This document shows, piece by piece, positions 57,401 to 64,000 of a DNA stretch of 64,000 nt. Every line of letters starts with the position of its first letter. Within the stretch, counting starts at the first letter, position 1. Below the pieces are notes generated by a model. It did not search any database, was not told the origin of the DNA, and was given only the letters and a program-made list of their open reading frames with translations. The translations under genes were made by a program, and so were the position numbers. Source of the stretch: Schizochytrium sp. TIO01 (taxonomy: Eukaryota > Protista > Bigyra: Labyrinthulomycetes); assembly GCA_004764695.1 (NCBI GenBank), contig SMSO01000032.1:5116483-5180482 (forward strand), in the 5' to 3' direction.

Positions 57401-58801
57401 GGCACCAAGAGCTCAGGGGGGCTGACGACTGAACAAGCAAAGCGTCTTACAATTGGTGTTGAACTCGCAGCGAACCCCGCGGTCATCTTCGCTGATGAGC
57501 CTACATCAGGCCTTGACGCAAGCTCTGCACGTGTAGTCATGGATGGGCTGGAGCGCATTGCTCGTGATGGTCGCACCGTCGTCTGTACTATTCACCAGCC
57601 TTCTAAGTCTATCTTTGAGAAGTTTGATCGTCTTTTGCTTCTTCGGCGCGGAGGTGAGATGGTCTACTTCGGAGACCTGGGTGAAAATAGTACTCATCTT
57701 CTCAACTATTTGGATTCTTTGCCTGGGACACGCGGAATGCCAAGCCCAAGCTATAACCCAGCGACGTATATGCTCGAAGCAATCGGAGCAAACGGGGGCT
57801 CCTCTGAGAATGACTACCACGTGATGTATATGAACGGTGATTTATGCAAAAATAACGAGAATCGAATGGCAGATTTAATTCAGAGCAATCTTGCAGAGCG
57901 ACAAGAAATTCAGTTTAGTTCGCGATTTGCAAGCACCTTCGTAGAGCAGACTCGCCAGCTCACCTTGCGCTGGACACGTTCTTATTGGCGAGACGCGGCA
58001 TACAACACGTCTAGGATTTTTGTCAAGGTGTTCATCGCAGTGTTCTTCGGCTTTGGCTTTTTCAAAAGAGGGGCTGATATTACTACAACATCTGACGTTC
58101 AAACTTTTGTTGGTGCCGTGTTTCAGGCAATAGCGTTCATGGCACTCATGGCACTAGTTAGTGTGCTTCCTGTGATTTATATTGAGCGAGCATCATACTA
58201 CCGTGAACGAGCAGCTTCTTACTACGCTGTTTCCCCTGTCTTAATTGCTACAACTCTCGCTGAGCTCCCTTACTGCGTAGCTACTTCGTTGGTATTTTGC
58301 TCCATCTTCTACTTCATGGTGGGCATGTTTCATGATGCACAGGCGTTCTTTCTGTTCTTCGCATTTTACACAATCTTCTATACCTGTATTGTGTTTTTCG
58401 GTCACTTGCTGGCGCAGGCTTTCCCCAATGAGCAAGTTGCAACCCTGGTTTCAGCAGTCTTCTTTGCACTGTGGTGTATCTCAGCTGGATTGATGATTTC
58501 AATTGCCGAAGTGCCTTACTTTTGGAGATGGTTCACATACCTCAATCCGATTCGCTACTCATTGCAAGGACTGGTAAGTAGCCAGATGGGTTGTGATGAT
58601 CCTTCCATCGAGTCTGCATTGAACCCTGGCTGTGCTTTCATTGAAGAGACTAATTCTACTGCTTGGGCAGTCATGCAGGATCGCTTCGGTTATTCATCGA
58701 CTGACTGGCCTTGGTGCCTAGGTTCAATCATTGCATTCGCTGGTGGTCTGCGAATCATTAATGGGATTTGTTATGCCTACGTTTCTTACCTCAAAAGATA
58801 A
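54431..58801 (+). CDS. Full-size ABCG/PDR-type ABC transporter (NBD-TMD)2
   Basis: NBD1: GPPGCGVST, VSGGEKRRV, YDQISTGLDS, LLQPPPE. NBD2: LMGSSGAGKTTLMDVLA, LTTEQAKR, DEPTSGLD, CTIHQPS. Two TMDs. Confidence 0.95.
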   Translation: MIEGAGNMDDANHPNTQDHSIEATGAEGQASPSSAATSDADALPQTQGEHASSLLAHIKAELENQQGSPEEDEKGNGKTRLSVDLSVEDILLLASLLESGQLDRGSKIGSAVAGAVRELTMIGHASLLQRYSGDGHWPVHVSFRDLSYSITAPSKDQGLVNIFSAMVSPFSKATNQTIEVNILDKVSGVFRAGSSTLVLGPPGCGVSTLFKILSGRITSQSGRSKITGELYYSGFSSDEVHVRKLSTYVDQNDNHIPVLTVRETLQFAFDCFGGAEMARAMVARVGLSGDASDHEIAKIHDELDNFPDFVIRNLALSNAADTIVGNELLRGVSGGEKRRVTSAEMMTGRRPLAFYDQISTGLDSAATFDICRRITGVAKRLDLTAVCALLQPPPETYELFDEVLILATGKVMFHGRRENVLPYFESIGYVCPENLDVADFIQEVTTSARTKHQVNPEAPSTEAELASAWLRSPFAQEKQDQVEQFCSRDAVYDSPVRREVYDASQPLYANSICKELQIVVKRQLTLAFRDTAFIQTRALQALIVGVFLGSIFFKMSPDLPTSISEDQQPVLQRYGIYFATMLHSALAGTAQTPIVLSQRPIYYKQSDAFFFRTSSYVIGELCSTLPLVFIECTLLAVTTFWIAWVVPFGEHSQTGESDVGGRFMLYWLLLIVSNICIGAWLRAVATFSPSQPVGQVLTGMCIAAISMFTGYIITADTIPVWFIWIFWLSPLSWLYRAGMITIFGSTAFTTEQRDYALELYGFEYDVNYLWSTFILAIGYTSVSMYVSYQCYEHLRFGGGGNLVLDKEEEEVAVARQSEILTAPAHINVPEEGSSPVYENPMHTSVTFTPVDLVFRDLWYSVPDAANPGATRKLLKGVSGFAESGTLTALMGSSGAGKTTLMDVLALRKTSGTITGDVFVNGRPQEKTTFSRIIGYVEQMDIHSPNATVEEALRFSAYLRQPSVVTHNEKDEFVENVVSTLQLGRIRNLMIGTKSSGGLTTEQAKRLTIGVELAANPAVIFADEPTSGLDASSARVVMDGLERIARDGRTVVCTIHQPSKSIFEKFDRLLLLRRGGEMVYFGDLGENSTHLLNYLDSLPGTRGMPSPSYNPATYMLEAIGANGGSSENDYHVMYMNGDLCKNNENRMADLIQSNLAERQEIQFSSRFASTFVEQTRQLTLRWTRSYWRDAAYNTSRIFVKVFIAVFFGFGFFKRGADITTTSDVQTFVGAVFQAIAFMALMALVSVLPVIYIERASYYRERAASYYAVSPVLIATTLAELPYCVATSLVFCSIFYFMVGMFHDAQAFFLFFAFYTIFYTCIVFFGHLLAQAFPNEQVATLVSAVFFALWCISAGLMISIAEVPYFWRWFTYLNPIRYSLQGLVSSQMGCDDPSIESALNPGCAFIEETNSTAWAVMQDRFGYSSTDWPWCLGSIIAFAGGLRIINGICYAYVSYLKR

Positions 58802-60637
58802 AAAGATACATACCAAGATATACAACTTAATCAATTTTAACTTTCGCGATTTTCGGTTCCAAACTATGTCCATCCATCACTGAGCACTGAGCACAATTCC
58901 CCAAATCACCACACTCTAGATAGCTCTACTAGCTAGCTATCTAGTAGATACAACAACAAATCTATATAATTATTCAAGGATATCCTTGTTTATGATATGC
59001 CCCTAACATCACAACGAGCATAGCCACGACATTTATTTATTTTACATGCTCAAGAGCACACGTTTCTATCTTGGTTATTCCATTTCCGCGATAAGGCATA
59101 TGCAGATGTAAGTTACAAAGAAGCCTCTTGTTGCGATCTTGCGCTCATCAAAGAAGCTAGGGACTTATTCCAGAGCTTACCGTTTTGCGTATTTGTTTCT
59201 GGGGCTCAGAATTTCGTCTGTTTTGTATTGGAACAACTTTCAGGGTCCCCATGCCAGCACTTGCCACGAGGTCCGACTAGTTGGGTCGCTCTCTGATCTC
59301 AAGGTCATCGATACCTGCCTACCTCCAGAGGAAGTCCTATGGTGCGTGAGTTTCAGAACCAAAAACAGTCACACCGCTGCGAGCGAGTGACTCCGGCGAG
59401 CTCATCCACCTACATGTATGTCTCCAGAGTCTATTGTAAGTTTGGCATCCTCCTAAGCCATCTAGCTCACCAGATAGCTCTAGCTTAGAGGTACGCCGTC
59501 GACGCCCAATCTATTCATTCCTTCATTCATCCACTGCAATGCAATGCAGTGCAATGGTGATTATGGAGTCCACGCCAAGATTCACGAGTGTGTTGTGGCA
59601 GATAAGTCAACCCAGCGATGGCCAAGTCAGTCAGGTAAAGGATGAGGCTGCTTTTAGAAAACCCGATGAACCGCCACGCAGGCAATCAATCGTCTTATAA
59701 CCGTAATAAACCGTCACAGGTTCACTCACGGCTGTTCGCACCTCACGCACCTTCAGATCGAGCTGTAGAACTCGACTACACACGCACGCTCTCTACACCA
59801 TTGCAATCGCGATGCACGCGACGCCTCGGGCATCTCCTTTCGGGAGGTGGCCGGGCACCTAGGAGCGTGTGTTCCTGGCGCTGCTTTCGCCAATCCGTGG
59901 CCCGGTTCTCGCAGGACTCCTTCTGCAAAGACTTCAATCCATCTTGAGCACCTCGATCTCAAGATCGCTGATTCTTCGGTCCACGATTCTTGAAAGCGGG
60001 CTCGATCGCACACTCTGGACTCATTAAGGGGCACATTTAAGGTCTTTCCACCACAGAACGTTCTGAACAGCACGTGGCATTCAAATTCCCTCCTTAACCT
60101 CCACTGGCGAACCCGCCCTTCTACCCCACTGTCCCATTAAGGCGGAAATGAGTGGTTGATGCAGTCGTGACCCGCTTTCTCTCTGCTAAGGTCCCTCTTG
60201 CCACGCAGAACCTTGCCACTCCCACTGCCTCACATCGACCCATGTTTCTTGTGAGGGAAGCTAGAACGCTCTAGGTGTGTCACTTTATTTCGGCCCCAGT
60301 GGCGTGTGATGCAGAAAGATACCCCTTGTGTGGGCGTTTTTATGCGGCTTCAATATGCGGGTGCGCCCTGTGGGGCTGGGAGGGGGGAGCCAGAGTTTGC
60401 GCAGCAGTGGGGCCGGCGGCGTTGGACTAGTCGCAGCCAGTCATCGGGACTTAGGTGCCTGGGTAGGGGTGTCTTAGGGCGCGGCTAGGCGAAACTCTGC
60501 GTTGGAGGATCCTGCGGAGAAGGGCGAAAGAGGGGAAAAGGCGGATGAGCGTATGAAGGCACGGGAAGGAGCGGCAACAGACTCGCAATCAGCAGTGGAG
60601 TTTACAGACTTCGTGACCCCTTTCCGCTCTCAAGAAG

Positions 60638-61544
60638 ATGATCGTGTACACGGATCTCGCCTCCGGCGACCAGGTTCTCAGCGACAGCTACAGCCAGGTG
60701 CCCCTCAAGTACAATGGCGCTGAGGTTGAGGGCCTCACCATGGTCCAGTCCAAGCTCGTGAACAAGGAGGTTGGCGATGTTGACATCGGCGCCAACGCCT
60801 CCGAGGAGGAGGGCGACGCCGGCACCGACGATGCCGCCCAGATGGTGAACCAGCTCGTCGACAAGGAGACCGGCTTCGGCTACGAGGGCCCCAACGACCT
60901 CAAGAAGGCTGAGTTTGTCGTCATGTACAAGAAGTGGTGCAAGGACACCCGCGAGAAGATCATCGAGAAGGGTGACAAGCCCGGCCCCTTCGTTCAGTCT
61001 GCCAAGGCCTTCCTCGAGGGTAAGTGATGGATGCACATTCTTTGCATTATTTTGTATATTCGCTCTATGAGACCCACGCTGTTCATAGGGATTGCAGCTC
61101 GGTGATGAGGTTTATCCTGTTCATTTGTTACATCATGTCATGTCATGCCATGACTCCTCTAACTTAGCTGGTCAATCCACCTTGGCTCGCGTGGTGATCA
61201 GTTTCTTTGTGATCTACCATGGTGTCACATCTCTCACTGCATGCATGGGGCTCATAGATACGATGGCAATCGCTAATAGTGACAATTCTATGGCGGGATA
61301 GTGATGCACAAAAAATCTTGGAGACAAGAATTTTGAAGACTAACTTGTGTTTGCATTTGCTCATGTATGATTTAATTTGTTTGTTCAATACACAGTCCTC
61401 AACGGCGAGTTCAAGAACTTCGAGATCTACCAGACTTCCTCCTGGTCCAGCCCTGTCGTCGCCTGGTGGGACGACGAGGCCAACCAGCTCGGTGCCCCCA
61501 AGTTCATCTACTTCACCCACGCCATGAACGCCGAGAAGTACTAA
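60638..61544 (+). CDS. TCTP: Translationally controlled tumour protein, two exons (60638-61019, 61396-61544), 176 aa
   Basis: MIVYTDLASGDQVLSDSY and DIGANASEEE motifs. Intron GTAAGT (61020) ... GACTAAC branch point ... CACAG (61395), phase 1. Exon 2 reads VLNGEFKNFEIY...PKFIYFTHAMNAEKY*. Confidence 0.92.
61207..61313 (+). ncRNA. Candidate intronic box H/ACA snoRNA in the TCTP intron
   Basis: Hairpin (TTGTGA..CCATG / CATGG..TCATAG), H box ATACGA at 61258-61263, second hairpin (GCAATCGCTA / TAGTGATGC with internal loop), then ACA at 61308-61310 directly after the stem. Confidence 0.45.
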
Positions 61545-62806
61545 ACACTTTCGTTTGCGCCACATTTTGTTGAGTGATTGTTTTGGATTTTGATCATTTT
61601 TTCCCCTGCTCATTGTTTGATTTTCCCCCTCTTGGCTATTTATCCATCTCCCTTCCTTCTTGTCTTAGTCTGAGAAACTAGTTTTAGGGATCTAGACTTT
61701 GCTGTAGTGCAGGTTCTCAATCTTTTTTCAAATGGCATCGAGTTACGGTGGATAACTTCGATTGTTTCTCTGATAGAGCTATCACCTTTTGAAATGCTGG
61801 TTTGGATTAGACTAAAACTCTCCAAGCATTGAGAAAACGTATTTCAGATCTAGTGAACGATGAGGAAAATTCGAAATTCATAGGATCTAAACATCTACTA
61901 TAACATTAAAAATGAGCCAGTCCCAAGTTGTTCAGGTATACAGGTGTTCTGTTCAGCCTTAGACCATTCCTAGTTTTGTTGTTGCTTTGAGATTATCGAA
62001 ATCGGTAGTCGCTCATGTATGATTATTTTCCACTGCATCTACTTGATCGAGGGTCTGTTCAGAGCAAACCAGCCGATTCTGTAGCAGCCATTTACGATCT
62101 ACATGATACTACACATAGTAGGTTGCACCGTGAATAAATCAATACCAATCCTCCAAATCGTCTGTCTTGTTCGTCGTGATACCTAGGTCCACAAAAATCT
62201 GGTCTTGCTATGGCTGCGATCAAGATTAGATCATAGTCTTAATTTTCAATTTCTTGTCCTTTTCGTGTGCACCTTGCTTAAACAAAGCTTTAAAGAACTG
62301 TTGCTTCCAATCAAAACTTGGCAACAAGTTCTTATAAGCTATTTCTTTACCTTTCACAAAGGTCAAGTTATTAGAGATAATACCTAACTGGGGCCTAACT
62401 CCAGTGGCCTATTGGAGATGGCACAGTTTTAGTGTGTTCTCTTACTATGTACGTAGTGTATCGCTAGTAACAATCTTTGGACTGTTCATAACTCCTGAAC
62501 ATCCCGAGTTATTCGCTATGAAATAACGCGTGTGTCGCAAGTTTGCACATAGTACAGTGTTGATCGCATTGCCTGGGCACTCTTCCTTGGCCACGTACTA
62601 AGCAAACCCCCTTCTCATGCAATCACAATCATACAACCTAGCTGTCACTCTTGGACGCACGCCAGAATAGCTAGGTATGCACGTGCGCCATTGAATCCTT
62701 AAAATCACATCACTTCCACTTCCCTTAACTAAGACCACGCGTGCAGAAGAAGCCTTTGTGCAAGTTGGAGACTATCAGTAGACAAGAAACGATTGTCGAG
62801 TTCCTC

Positions 62807-63919
62807 ATGACGTCTAAGCTACAGGAGCTGACACTTCTCGAGCCACACCTTGTACGTAGCTATACAGAAGATGAGTGCTTGAGTCAGGTCTCGCTAGGCT
62901 CTATCAAACAAAGTCAAAATAAACAGCGCAAAGCGTCAAGGGCACTATTTAGAGGTCTTTGTGTCTTAACATCACCTGTCCTTGTGCCTAGTGGGTGGAG
63001 AGCTCTGGGAGGTATCGAAAATGCTTGCAGAAAAGGAATGTCTACTACGGCAGTCTTGCTGCTGCTCTCACGCGTAATTTGGCACATTCTTGGCGATAGA
63101 GAGGACAACGCGGCGATCCAGCTCGCTGGAGCTGTGCCGGGAATCCGGCTCCGTGCCATGCATTTATATTTTGGCATAATTAAAAGACTTGAGAAAGCAT
63201 CAGGTTACCGTCATCCACAAATGCACATTGATGCAAACCGAGGTATGCGATCAATCATGGGACTTCGTGCAGTAACCATTGACCACGCAGTCGAGAAAGC
63301 TGTAAGGACGCAGGGCCTGCGACAACTAGTTGTTTTCGCCGCTGGCTTTGATGTTACAAGTCAATCCCCCTGCGTACTTGATCGTATTGAGGAAGAGCCA
63401 GGTTCGCTGTGTTGTTTTGAAATTGATAAGCCAGAGGCGCAAGAAATCAAACAAACTGCTGTGCGCGAAGCAGGACTCCCGACTGGTCATGTCACTTTTG
63501 TGAGTAGTGATTTAAGTGAGGGTGATTGGCTGGAAAAGGCAATTGCTTCTGGTTTGGATCCTGATCTCCGTACTATTATTCTTTGGGAAGGTGGTACATA
63601 TTACTTGCCACGAAATGTCGTGCATGGTATTCTAGCATCCTTTCGGAGAAAATTTACAGCAGGGTCACAGATTATCTTTGATTTTCCGCTCACTAATCGA
63701 GTTGCTGAATCTGTGCTCGTATGGCTTGAATGCATTGGCGAATCGTGGCTATTTGATTTACACGGAAATACGGACTCTGTCGAAAGTTGTACTCAAATCA
63801 TTGCTAATTTTGTTGCTGGAGCTGGGCTGAACCTCGTCAACGTTGAGTTCATTGAACAATCGTCTGCACAGCTGAAGTCCCGTTTTGCAGGCTGTGCGGT
63901 TGCACAAGTTCCTCTTTAG
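62807..63919 (+). CDS. Leucine carboxyl methyltransferase (LCM) family SAM-dependent methyltransferase
   Basis: LRAVTIDHAV, QLVVFAAGFD, FEIDKPE, FVSSDL, GLDP..TIILWEGGTYYL and IIFDF motifs. Confidence 0.85.
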   Translation: MTSKLQELTLLEPHLVRSYTEDECLSQVSLGSIKQSQNKQRKASRALFRGLCVLTSPVLVPSGWRALGGIENACRKGMSTTAVLLLLSRVIWHILGDREDNAAIQLAGAVPGIRLRAMHLYFGIIKRLEKASGYRHPQMHIDANRGMRSIMGLRAVTIDHAVEKAVRTQGLRQLVVFAAGFDVTSQSPCVLDRIEEEPGSLCCFEIDKPEAQEIKQTAVREAGLPTGHVTFVSSDLSEGDWLEKAIASGLDPDLRTIILWEGGTYYLPRNVVHGILASFRRKFTAGSQIIFDFPLTNRVAESVLVWLECIGESWLFDLHGNTDSVESCTQIIANFVAGAGLNLVNVEFIEQSSAQLKSRFAGCAVAQVPL

Positions 63920-64000
63920 ATGGGTTTTCAAACCTGGTCGTCCTCAAACCCAGAAAAGAAGCGATCAGAATTGCCTGGGGCATTGTCTACTAAATGCAAC

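Noticed and set aside
59825-59880. GC-rich hairpins upstream of TCTP (possible SRP or other ncRNA)
   Set aside because: No conserved SRP, snRNA or RNase P motifs; such hairpins are expected by chance in GC-rich promoter DNA.
60638-61027. TCTP as a single-exon 129-aa ORF, and ORF 61279-61527 as a separate gene
   Set aside because: Canonical GTAAGT/CACAG splice sites join the two parts into a full-length 176-aa TCTP.
1-64000. CRISPR arrays, rRNA, prophage or giant-virus genes, intact retroelements
   Set aside because: No repeat-spacer arrays, rRNA motifs, capsid/polymerase/RT/integrase ORFs or LTR pairs seen; all long ORFs are ordinary eukaryotic genes.

Overview
Eukaryotic, intron-poor, gene-dense genomic DNA of roughly mid GC content, with microsatellite-rich 5' regions. 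Gene content and style (flagellar genes, plant-like CUL1, PDR-type ABCG, ERD2-like receptor) suggest a flagellated stramenopile, most plausibly a thraustochytrid/labyrinthulomycete; this is inference. About 17 intact protein genes are present: DNAAF5 (5'-partial), CFAP141-like, F-box-like, ERD2-like, CUL1, an orphan multipass membrane protein, an aldo-keto reductase, endonuclease G, a SET-domain methyltransferase, two tandem GT92-like glycosyltransferases, a glyoxalase-II-like metallo-beta-lactamase, CWF19L2, a mitochondrial-targeted SAM-domain protein, Tudor-SN, a PDR ABC transporter, a two-exon TCTP and an LCM-family methyltransferase. There is also one tRNA-Gln(UUG). Features the ORF track misses: (i) a decayed NLR-type LRR gene built from one-repeat-per-exon ~84-nt phase-2 cassettes (18.6-19.3 kb); (ii) a ~3.1-kb tandem duplication whose glycosyltransferase copies look identical except for clustered, mostly non-synonymous changes in the catalytic domain, with its breakpoint in a probable pogo-like transposase relic; (iii) a candidate H/ACA snoRNA in the TCTP intron. 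All identifications come from motif recognition by eye; no database searches were run.
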